A stretch of 59,677 nt of DNA from Polyangia bacterium. Its GTDB lineage: Bacteria > Myxococcota_A > Polyangia > JAAYKL01. This document shows positions 19,586 through 28,418 of this stretch, one piece after another. Below the pieces are notes generated by a model that was given only the letters and a program-made list of their open reading frames with translations, searched no databases and had not been told where the DNA came from. Position 1 is the stretch's first letter. Each line of letters opens with the position of its first letter. The translations under genes and the position numbers were made by a program. The stretch is taken from assembly GCA_050287845.1 (NCBI GenBank), contig JBNKCR010000033.1, forward strand, positions 1 through 59,677. Reading direction: 5' to 3'.

Positions 19586-20229
19586 GACTTTCCTCCACTG
19601 TCGATGGTGTTTTCAAACCACTGACACAGGACAGCATCGTTCAATGCGATTTTCTTCAACAATCGTCGTCCCCGTCTCAGTCGTCCCTTTACCGTGAATA
19701 CCGAACAGCCAAGGAACGATGCAATCTCGTCCATCGAATAGCCGTTTATGTGATGCGCCACTATCGCGGACCGCTGCTCCGCGGACAATTGGGCAAGGCA
19801 CCTTCGAAATCGCTGAATCAACTGCTGATTCTCCATCTGGACATCCGCAGCAAGGTCATGCTGCGACATCGGCTGGCGCACAAAGGTTTCCCAAATCCGT
19901 CTGCGACGATGGTGTTTTTTGAAAAATCGGGCAGAATTTCTGAATGCAATTTTTTCCGCCCAATATTCCAACGGACAATCGCCCCGGAAAGTGTCCAGCG
20001 AATCCAGTACTTCGATAAGCGCATTCTGTACCAGATCCTCCACCTCATCTTTATGAGAGGACATGAATGACAGCGTCTTCCAGATACGGTCGTATATTAA
20101 CTCCACAACTTTATTGCGGGCATTGCTGTCCCCGGAAGCGGCCGCCTGCGAAAGCGCGAGTGCCGACAACAGCGCCTGTTCATCAACGGTATACACTTGT
20201 TCGGTCTGGGAGTACTGATTTCGCATCAT
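19582..20229 (-). CDS. ECF sigma factor (module 1)
   Basis: Region 2 EDLVQNALIEV..SLDTFRG..PLEYW; region 4 GYSMDEIA..LGCSVFTVKGRLRRGR. Confidence 0.92.
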   Translation of the reverse strand: MMRNQYSQTEQVYTVDEQALLSALALSQAAASGDSNARNKVVELIYDRIWKTLSFMSSHKDEVEDLVQNALIEVLDSLDTFRGDCPLEYWAEKIAFRNSARFFKKHHRRRRIWETFVRQPMSQHDLAADVQMENQQLIQRFRRCLAQLSAEQRSAIVAHHINGYSMDEIASFLGCSVFTVKGRLRRGRRLLKKIALNDAVLCQWFENTIDSGGKS

Positions 20230-20531
20230 CGCAATGAAGGTAGCGATATCATTTTAAAAGGGACACAGTAAAAACATTTTTTCATCAGACGGACATAAGA
20301 ATCACGGCACCGGACCGGTATGAGGACAGACAGCAATGCACGGCCGATTCCATACCTGGTCTTCTGAAAAATGGAATTGATTTCCCGGTGTGGATGTCGT
20401 CGATGTCAACCCGACGTAAGTGGGTTTGGGTTTTACAATTCCACTGCCTTATAGTATGGATTCACGCTATGGGTGGAGTTCGCTGGAAATGGGAAAAAAC
20501 CTTTGACGCCAAGCAGTTCAGAGGAGCCGAG

Positions 20532-21611
20532 TTGTTTAAAATCCGAATATTTCTCATGGTATTCGGGATTGTATATTTTTTTTTATTTTCGGACACATCT
20601 GAAGCGTTTCCTGCGACCGGGCCATCCGGCAATACGGGCACCAATGTGCTCATGCTGGAAATCCCATCCGTCACACCGAATTCTGATGAATTATACACGG
20701 CGATTCGCGCACAACTCGCCACATCGAATTTCCAAATCCATCGGCTGCAGATTGAAGAGTCTGCATTTGACAGGGGAAATGCCGGAAAAAGCGCATCCGA
20801 CATCGCGGTTCGTCACAATGTGGAAATGGTATTCTGGATACAACTGAGCCCGGGCAGTTGTCTGCTGTCTTTTTACTTCAAAGAGCGGGGTGAGAAAGTA
20901 TTCCAGCGTCGGATGAATTTGGATTCGGAAAATCTTTCCGGTCAGTATGAAGTGATTTCCAACGGGGTTTCCAGTTTTATCGAGGAAACCATCTTCAATG
21001 CCCGTGAAGCCAGGCGTCCCCAACCCCAATCGCTACCGGAGTCTCCCGCAATCCCCGCAATTTCCGTTGACCGACGCACTGCGGGAAAACTCGAAATTTC
21101 ACTGATGTACAACGGGATGTTGTTTTCGAGGCGTGCGGTTTCCAATGGCGTCCGGGGAAGTCTGGGGGTCCTGGCCGGCGAAAGAATTCTGCTGAATCTG
21201 GCATTTGCTCAGAATGCTGTCACGGGGTTCGAAAACAGACGATATCGGTTTACCGTGAGTTCACGCAATCTGGATGCGGGTGTATTTGTGAATCTTCCGG
21301 TTCGACCGGTGCTGCTTCGATTCGGTGTTTCTTACGAAGTTCAGCTTCGAACCTTCACCATGGAACCCCGTGTAGCCGATTTGCTGGCCCGTCGCGGCAA
21401 ACTGCACGGTATTCACGGGGTTTCCCCATCCGTGCAGCTGGCGTGGCCATTGGCGGGGAATTTTTTGTTCAACATGGGTGTCGGGGCGATGGTGTGTGTA
21501 AATGAACATGGATACATTATCTCCCGCATTGACGGTACCCGGTATGATGTGGTGAATCCCTATACCGTTAAACTGACTTTTCATCTGGGGATTATTTTTC
21601 AGTCGAAATGA
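20532..21611 (+). CDS. Secreted protein: periplasmic domain plus probable small outer-membrane beta-barrel (module 2)
   Basis: TTG start behind GAGGAG; signal peptide; Pro-rich linker; amphipathic strands ending LTFHLGIIF; aligns by eye with 17139-18290. Confidence 0.6.
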   Translation: MFKIRIFLMVFGIVYFFLFSDTSEAFPATGPSGNTGTNVLMLEIPSVTPNSDELYTAIRAQLATSNFQIHRLQIEESAFDRGNAGKSASDIAVRHNVEMVFWIQLSPGSCLLSFYFKERGEKVFQRRMNLDSENLSGQYEVISNGVSSFIEETIFNAREARRPQPQSLPESPAIPAISVDRRTAGKLEISLMYNGMLFSRRAVSNGVRGSLGVLAGERILLNLAFAQNAVTGFENRRYRFTVSSRNLDAGVFVNLPVRPVLLRFGVSYEVQLRTFTMEPRVADLLARRGKLHGIHGVSPSVQLAWPLAGNFLFNMGVGAMVCVNEHGYIISRIDGTRYDVVNPYTVKLTFHLGIIFQSK

Positions 21612-21675
21612 GCTTACAGAGACGGAAATTGGAGCGGAACACCGATGGACAGAATACTCCAGTGGAGAATTTGGC

Positions 21676-23034
21676 TCATCTGGGTTGGTCAGCTTCCAGC
21701 TGCGCCAGTCGATGTTTCACTTTTAAGGCCATGACACTGTTGGGAAACTCGGATAGCAGACGTCGCAGTGCCGCAATTTCTTCCCGGGTGTTTTTCATTT
21801 GCCGGTGGGCGTTTGCCGTACCCAGCAGCGCTTCTTCCACCAGGGGACCGCTGGGGTTTTTCTGCAAATAGGTGTTGTAATGCCCCAGCGCTTTTTGCGG
21901 AGAATTCAATCGACGAAGTTCGAGCTTGGCAAGACTGATTCGCACTGCCGAAATGGCCGGGTGATGCGGATGGCGTCGCAACGCTTCAGAATATCGCTCC
22001 CTGGCACATGTCCAGTCATTTTCAATCAGACAGAATCGGGCCGCTTCAAGCAGAGATTCCATGGATTCAACGCGACCCACTGATGTACGGACCGTTTTTT
22101 TATCCCCCTGCGGTGTTGGTTCTGGAGTGTTGTCAATCGCAACGCTATTTAATTTCTCAATGGATTGGATACGATTAACCTCATCGGAAACTGCCGCGTC
22201 ACGAACTGCCTCATGTGACGCTGACTTCCCGGCGTGTTGTTCCTTCAGCGCGATGACCAGCTGTTCGCGAATGGGATTTTTCAGCGCATATTGACGGAGA
22301 GAAGGAATAGTAGCACCGGTTCCGGCGGATACATTCAGACTCGGGTTGTCCGCATTCGGCGTCCACAGTTCCACTGTCCCGCGGAAAACCTCAACCCGTT
22401 CGTCCTGTTTGTTAACATGCACCGCAAACACTGTGCCCTTCACCCGAACTTCACCACTCGGGGTATACACAGTCACCGTTTGGGGATTGATACGCTCCGG
22501 GTTGACATTAAGTGCAACAGATCCATGTGTCAGAATCACAGCCACCGCGCCGTTGCGGGTCGTCGTCCGGGGCGTCGTCAATTCCCGGCAGTAGGTGATG
22601 TGCACATCGTCAACCGGTGAAACGAGCACAGCGGGCGTGCACGGAACGGTGAAGGCCGACGGTTCGCGGGACTCGGGTGCGCCCCATCCCCCCCAAAGCT
22701 GCCAGAGACCAAACAGGAGCAGGGCCGCAGCGGCGAAGGAAGCCACCCAGACGAACAAGCGAGGGGCCCTCACCGGGTGAGATGGGCGCAGGTGTTGCCA
22801 CTGTTTTTGCACAGATGAAATTTTCTCGTTAAAATCCGCTACCTGAAGCGCATCCGAAAAATTCCGAAGCCCATGCATGATACCCAACAGATTCTGGCAA
22901 TCCCTGCAGTTCTGAGCATGACGATGAATGACGTCCTTTTGTCTATTGGTGAGCGGCATGTCATCAAAAGGTGATTCCAACATTTGCGCGACCACATCAC
23001 ACGACAAAACTTCCGGGTTATGGAGATGTTCCAT
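21676..23034 (-). CDS. ZAS (HxxxCxxC)-TM-FecR-TPR anti-sigma factor (module 2)
   Basis: HAQNCRDC; TM; TPSGEVRVKGTVFAVHV...VEVFRGTVEL; TPR C-terminus. Confidence 0.87.
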   Translation of the reverse strand: MEHLHNPEVLSCDVVAQMLESPFDDMPLTNRQKDVIHRHAQNCRDCQNLLGIMHGLRNFSDALQVADFNEKISSVQKQWQHLRPSHPVRAPRLFVWVASFAAAALLLFGLWQLWGGWGAPESREPSAFTVPCTPAVLVSPVDDVHITYCRELTTPRTTTRNGAVAVILTHGSVALNVNPERINPQTVTVYTPSGEVRVKGTVFAVHVNKQDERVEVFRGTVELWTPNADNPSLNVSAGTGATIPSLRQYALKNPIREQLVIALKEQHAGKSASHEAVRDAAVSDEVNRIQSIEKLNSVAIDNTPEPTPQGDKKTVRTSVGRVESMESLLEAARFCLIENDWTCARERYSEALRRHPHHPAISAVRISLAKLELRRLNSPQKALGHYNTYLQKNPSGPLVEEALLGTANAHRQMKNTREEIAALRRLLSEFPNSVMALKVKHRLAQLEADQPR

Positions 23035-23627
23035 TATCTCATTTCCTCCAGCGTATCGCCGATGAATTTCGGATTGCTTTTTATAATTTCCCGCAGCTCC
23101 CGAAACGCCGTTTTCAGGCGGCCCTTCACTGTGTTTTTCGACGCGCCGGTAATATACGAAATTTCTGGAACCGTGTATCCCAGAGCCAGATGCAACAGCA
23201 GCGGAGTGCGTCTGAATTCGGGAATTTCAGACAATTTATCCAATAATTTCTCCATACCCTGTCGCCTGGAAATCGATTTTTCCGGCGTATCATTTCCGGG
23301 GAGAGCGTCTACTTCACCCGTAACAATGGGGATTTTATTCTGTCTGTATTTCGCATGCCTCAGACACTTATATGCGGTTCGGCAGGCGATTTTTCCCGCC
23401 CATGCTTCGAGGGACCCCGTACCGTTGAAGTTGCTTAAACTTTTCAACACTTCCAATGCGGAAAGCTGAACGATATCATCAACTAATTGGCTGTTTCCCG
23501 CGACAAATCTCGATACCTGATATATCTTTGGATACAATCTTCGCATGAGTCTTTCTTCTGCCTGAGGGTTTTCCATCGCCTGGCGCGCAAATGCGACGTC
23601 TATTGGGGTCATCGTTGTCTCTGTCAT
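23034..23627 (-). CDS. ECF sigma factor (module 2)
   Basis: DDIVQLSALEVLKSLSNFNG.GSLEAW; GYTVPEIS.ITGASKNTVKGRLKTA. Start moved to ATG 23627. Confidence 0.9.
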   Translation of the reverse strand: MTETTMTPIDVAFARQAMENPQAEERLMRRLYPKIYQVSRFVAGNSQLVDDIVQLSALEVLKSLSNFNGTGSLEAWAGKIACRTAYKCLRHAKYRQNKIPIVTGEVDALPGNDTPEKSISRRQGMEKLLDKLSEIPEFRRTPLLLHLALGYTVPEISYITGASKNTVKGRLKTAFRELREIIKSNPKFIGDTLEEMR

Positions 23628-23842
23628 ACCCTGCTCGTTCCGAGGACCATTCCCGTATCCTTCCGGTATCTCGTGGTATTCTGAATTGAAATATGGGTAT
23701 GGAACAACCAAATAAATGGAAATGGTTTGATTTGCAGGCTGTTCAGCGAAGCATACCGATATTAAGATAAGGGGATTGGAGGGGGACCGCAATAGTGAGA
23801 AAGTCACATTATCGGACAGCATACAGGGGCAAAATCTGAAAG

Positions 23843-25495
23843 ATGGCGAGAAATGTTTTCATTTGGACAGTACTGATTCTCTGGACAGCCGGATGTGGCG
23901 CCGATATTGTCGTCGCCGACGATCTGATGGGCGATACGTCGCTGTCAGATTCGAATCTCCCGGAAGATACGAATGACAGCGATTCAATAACCGATACTGA
24001 TACAGTGAGCGATTCCGATTCGACCTGTCCGGTGTTGCCGGAGGCAGTCACTGTACTTTCCGACAGTGATGCCGAGGCGTTCGTGCATTTCGGAGAGGGT
24101 GACATTGCCTGGACAACAGCGGACGGACAGTCCATTTCTTCGGCTTGGCAAATTGACACGCGGCAGATTACCCATACCAGCACCGGTACGCAGTTGTATC
24201 ACCTGATTCACTCAGATATTGCAGTTGGTGACCACATGGTGGCGGAGTTCCGGGCTCGGTGTCGTTCCGCGAAATCGGGACAGTGTCGACTGGGGATGCT
24301 CATCGAAGCGGCGGAGTCCCCGTGGCCGAGTATTGTTTCATATTTCTTTCAGCCGGGTCCGGAGTGGCAGCTGTATCAGATTCCGATTTTTGCCAGTACC
24401 GCATACGCAGCGGGGACGGCCCGCCTGACGTTCCGCCTGGGATATGAAGACCAGAGCATCAATATTCATCCGATGCAATTGCTCAATTACGGTGTCCTGG
24501 ACGGCGAAAACCGTCTGGAATGTTTACCAGCCATGGTAGATCCGCCAGGCACGCCCTCACTTCTGGTGGATGTGCCCCAGGAAGCGACCGTCGATATTCT
24601 GTACGACTATTTTATCGAGATCACCGGTTTATCTCCCAGTACGGTGACGGTGCTGGAATTGCCTGCCTGGCTGTCCTATGACGCTGGACAAAATCGCATT
24701 TCAGGAATTCCCACATACGACGACGTGGGCATTCCGTCGGCGATTGCGCTAAAAACCCGTTCAGGTGACCAGACGTCGACCCAACAGAGTGATGTGCAGG
24801 TTTCGGTGGATGCAGCATTGATTGGACACTGGCCCCTCGATGAAACAGGCGGGGCAGTGGCGACCGACGTATCCGGCAACGAACGAAATGGCGAAGTGGT
24901 GGGGGATCCGGTATGGCTGCCCAAAGACGGCAGGAAAAATGGTGCGTTGCGATGTGACAGCAGCACGGGGAGTATTGACTATGTGTTGCTTCCCTCAGAC
25001 CCGGTTACAGATACAATTCAAGCTGGCCCTCATACACTGGCGGCCTGGGTTCGAATGGAATCCATTCCCGCTGGCGCGGTGGAATCGGACAATGATTTCG
25101 GGTACGGCATTCTGATAAAAGCAGGGGCGCATACTGGTCTCTGGTATGATTCGGGACAGCATTTTCGTGCCTCGTATGCGTTTAAGGGAAAATCATATTC
25201 GCTGATTGGGCCCGAAACCACTCCGGGAGAATATCACCACATAGCGGCAACGTTTGACCCGGATAGTGGCAATTACCTTCTCTATCTCGATGGACAGGTG
25301 GTCGCGTCGGAACTCCTGAGTGGTATCGACGTGTACAGAGACTACGGTGCTGAGCAGTGGCGCATTGGCGTGGCGGCGCCGGATGCCTCTACCGCCATAT
25401 GGGGAGGAGATCTGAGCATGGACGATGTGCGGATATACAGCAAAGCCCTCAATCTTCATGAAATTGGCTCCCTTGCCGGCATCTGGCAGTATTGA
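23843..25495 (+). CDS. Lipoprotein with CBM-like jelly-roll, He_PIG/Ig and LamG domains (module 2 cargo)
   Basis: Lipobox TAGC followed by GADIVVA; short DS/DT linker; CBM4/9-like EWQLYQIP..LTFRLG; LPAWLSYD..RISGIP; LIGHWPLDE...MDDVRIYSKAL. Confidence 0.8.
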   Translation: MARNVFIWTVLILWTAGCGADIVVADDLMGDTSLSDSNLPEDTNDSDSITDTDTVSDSDSTCPVLPEAVTVLSDSDAEAFVHFGEGDIAWTTADGQSISSAWQIDTRQITHTSTGTQLYHLIHSDIAVGDHMVAEFRARCRSAKSGQCRLGMLIEAAESPWPSIVSYFFQPGPEWQLYQIPIFASTAYAAGTARLTFRLGYEDQSINIHPMQLLNYGVLDGENRLECLPAMVDPPGTPSLLVDVPQEATVDILYDYFIEITGLSPSTVTVLELPAWLSYDAGQNRISGIPTYDDVGIPSAIALKTRSGDQTSTQQSDVQVSVDAALIGHWPLDETGGAVATDVSGNERNGEVVGDPVWLPKDGRKNGALRCDSSTGSIDYVLLPSDPVTDTIQAGPHTLAAWVRMESIPAGAVESDNDFGYGILIKAGAHTGLWYDSGQHFRASYAFKGKSYSLIGPETTPGEYHHIAATFDPDSGNYLLYLDGQVVASELLSGIDVYRDYGAEQWRIGVAAPDASTAIWGGDLSMDDVRIYSKALNLHEIGSLAGIWQY

Positions 25496-25622
25496 CAGTT
25501 TATCGCATCCGTGACATGGCCAGTCAGAGAAGCGGTTTGCGCCAGCTGAGCTTGCACGAAAAGTCAGAATGGATGCCCAGTGACCCTCAATGCGTCGCGA
25601 TCCGTTTATAATGCTGTCCATT

Positions 25623-25693
25623 GAAAGGATGGGGGAAAGGATGGGAGATTTTTTTTAGGAGAGACATACCCATTTTCTCTCCCCCATTCCCAC
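25623..25693. promoter_or_regulatory. Direct plus inverted repeat array upstream of GH127
   Basis: GAAAGGATGGG twice (25623-25633, 25635-25645) with inverted degenerate copies CCCATTTTCTC (25669) and CCCATTCCCAC (25683). Confidence 0.4.
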
Positions 25694-25801
25694 CCGGGCT
25701 TTAGGAGACGCGCAAGTATGCGCACCACCGTTAATTAAACCATAGGCTTCAGTTGCATTCAGAGGGGCGACCCGTGTAAATTATCAGGGAGGTATTTGAA
25801 A

Positions 25802-28189
25802 ATGAAAACAAACAAACGTAAGAGGGATGCGACGAGGTTCGTGTTGGGCCTTGTTTGGCTGACAGTTGTTCTATTTGTTTATGGGTGTTCATCGGACAGC
25901 GGAGGCAATGCAGATACCGCTACAGATTCCAGTGATACGGATACGGACAGTGATTCCGATACGGATACGGACAGTGATTCCGATGCCGACACCGATAGCG
26001 ATAGCGATAGCGACACCGACATCGACATCGACAGCGACAGTGACAGTGACGCCGATACTGACACCGACTCGGATTCGGATACTGACAGTGATAGCGACGC
26101 CGACAGTGATACGGACACGGATTCCGACACCGACACGGATTCGGACGCAGATACGGACAGTGATACCGACACCGACGCAGATTCAGAAATCGACACGGAC
26201 GAGGAATTCATTGAGGATACGGACCCCATGGGACCTGCGGATGTGCTGGCAGAATTCCCGATGGACAAAGTGGTTATCAATAACGAATACATTTACAGCC
26301 TGTTCAATGCGGAACTGGCATACCTGATGTCTCTGGATCCGGATCGGCTGATGAGTGCGGTAAAAGCGGTTTCAGAGGGGGTCAATCCAGACACGACATC
26401 CCTCAACACGTACGGAGGCTGGGAATCGTCCGGGTCCGGGTTCCATCTGCGCAGTCATTCCCTCGGGCACTGGCTCTCTGCCATATCTCGCGCATACATG
26501 CAACTTCATCTGGAAGACGAAACCCGCGCCAATGAAGTAAAAGGCAAAATGGACTATGCCATCGACCAGCTTAAATCATTCCAGGACAAAAGCAACAGTG
26601 GCTTCATTTACGGTTCTTTCGAGACCCATTTTGACGCATTGGAAGGTACGAGCAACGTGACGACGTATGTGCCGTGGTATACCATGCACAAGCTCCTCCA
26701 GGGAATCGTGGACTGTTACGTATATGGCGGAAACGAAACGGCACGTGAAGTGGCCGGCAAACTGGGCGACTGGGTATATGGCCGGGTGTCAAAATGGGAT
26801 GAAAATCGGCGCAAATCGGTCCTGGCAACGGAATACGGCGGTATGAATGATGTGCTGTACGAGTTGTATCAGATAACAGGTAAAGACACCCATCTGGCTG
26901 CGGCGAAAGTTTTCGACGAGGATTGGTCGGGGAGTCTGTTTGAGAGCATCGGTCAGGGACGAAATGTGCTTCCCGGCAAACACGCCAACACCCAGATTCC
27001 GAAGTTCGTTGGTGCCATCAAACGATACCGGACATTGGGAGAAAGTGAAGATTTCTACCTGAATACTGCTGAACAGTTTTTTGATATTGTTCTGCGCGAT
27101 CATACATATGTGACCGGTGGCAACAGCCAGGATGAACATTTCCGCGATCCGGGTAAGCTTGATGCGCAGCGGGACAACACCAACAATGAAACCTGCAACG
27201 CGCACAACATGTTGAAATTGACCAGAAATCTGTTTATGGCAACTGGCGATATCAAATACGCCGATTATTACGAAAAGAATTTTATCAATGAAATATTGGC
27301 GTCCATCAATCCTGAAAATGGAATGACCACATACTTTAAACCAATGGCCTCCGGTGGGTTCAAGATGTTCGGTACTCCCACCAATTCATTCTGGTGCTGT
27401 ACAGGTACGGGAATGGAAAATTTTGCCAAACTCGACAACAGTCTGTACTACCACAATGCAAAGGACCTGTGGGTCAACAACTATATCAGCTCCACCCTGG
27501 ACTGGACCAACCGCGGTTTGATCATCACGGCAGAGGCGGACCTGCCCATGGACGACACCGTCACGTTCAACATCGAAAAAGCACCCAACAACACTCTGAA
27601 AATCAGATTCCGAAAACCGTACTGGGTTGATACCTGTGAGCCGATGGTGGTCTCCGTCAATGGCGTTGCCTGTGATGCCACAGAAGTAGATGGATACATT
27701 GAGATTGAGCGGGTCTGGCGTGCCGAGGATACAGTGGAATTGACGTTCCCCGTGAAGGTGGGCGTTTCCCGCCTCCCGGACAACGCAAATGCCGTGGCGT
27801 TCACCTATGGTCCAATCGTGCTGAGCGCTGGGTTTGGTTCTCAGAACATGGTTCTGGAGGGTCACAAGGCGTCAGGTAAACCGACAATGATATCGGTTGA
27901 TGATACCATTGGTATTCAGGGGGGAACTATCAATGACTGGATTGCCAACATCAAGGAGAATCTGGTGCGGTCGCCGGGAACACTGGAATTCAAATTGAAC
28001 AACACCGACGCCAATGACCGACTCACGTTCACGCCGCATTATCTGCGCTACGACGACAGATACGGCATTTACTTCCAGCTCGAAGGACAGGCTGGCGGCA
28101 CGGTCCCCGATGACAACTGCTCCGTCACATCCGATGAAGGCATTCAGTGCCACAGCGTCCCATCGTCCGATAAGGCAGTCTGGCAGTAA
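25802..28189 (+). CDS. Asp-Thr/Ser-tethered lipoprotein beta-L-arabinofuranosidase (GH127/GH146, DUF1680)
   Basis: Lipobox VYGC; GHWLS, EYGGMN, HANT, ETC, WCCTGTG and YGPIVL motifs; RBS GGGAGG. Confidence 0.9.
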   Translation: MKTNKRKRDATRFVLGLVWLTVVLFVYGCSSDSGGNADTATDSSDTDTDSDSDTDTDSDSDADTDSDSDSDTDIDIDSDSDSDADTDTDSDSDTDSDSDADSDTDTDSDTDTDSDADTDSDTDTDADSEIDTDEEFIEDTDPMGPADVLAEFPMDKVVINNEYIYSLFNAELAYLMSLDPDRLMSAVKAVSEGVNPDTTSLNTYGGWESSGSGFHLRSHSLGHWLSAISRAYMQLHLEDETRANEVKGKMDYAIDQLKSFQDKSNSGFIYGSFETHFDALEGTSNVTTYVPWYTMHKLLQGIVDCYVYGGNETAREVAGKLGDWVYGRVSKWDENRRKSVLATEYGGMNDVLYELYQITGKDTHLAAAKVFDEDWSGSLFESIGQGRNVLPGKHANTQIPKFVGAIKRYRTLGESEDFYLNTAEQFFDIVLRDHTYVTGGNSQDEHFRDPGKLDAQRDNTNNETCNAHNMLKLTRNLFMATGDIKYADYYEKNFINEILASINPENGMTTYFKPMASGGFKMFGTPTNSFWCCTGTGMENFAKLDNSLYYHNAKDLWVNNYISSTLDWTNRGLIITAEADLPMDDTVTFNIEKAPNNTLKIRFRKPYWVDTCEPMVVSVNGVACDATEVDGYIEIERVWRAEDTVELTFPVKVGVSRLPDNANAVAFTYGPIVLSAGFGSQNMVLEGHKASGKPTMISVDDTIGIQGGTINDWIANIKENLVRSPGTLEFKLNNTDANDRLTFTPHYLRYDDRYGIYFQLEGQAGGTVPDDNCSVTSDEGIQCHSVPSSDKAVWQ
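25913..26200 (+). repeat. (Asp-Ser/Thr)n coding repeat
   Basis: About 48 D-X dipeptides directly after the lipobox region. Confidence 0.95.
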
Positions 28190-28418
28190 TCCACCCGCTT
28201 TTACTGAAATCAAATACTTAAATACAGCAGTCAGAGAGCAAAATCGTCGGCGCAGCAAACGATTCATATTGCCCCCAGGACTCCGGTTCCAACGCCTTCA
28301 TCCAGTGGTCCGTAAATAATTCCAGCCATGTTCACTTGACCATCTCCGGTGGAATGGGCAAACTCTGCACCACAAGAAGAAGAAGGCAACCAGAGAAGAG
28401 GAGAAAAAGGAACACAAT

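Noticed and set aside
20230..23842. Shared ECF promoter motif upstream of module genes and GHs
   Set aside because: No convincing common -35/-10 pair found by eye.
25866..26327. SLSVSV and TPTRIR repeat ORFs; possible CRISPR or VNTR
   Set aside because: Shadows of the DS/DT tether; hexamer periodicity with no repeat-spacer structure and no cas genes.
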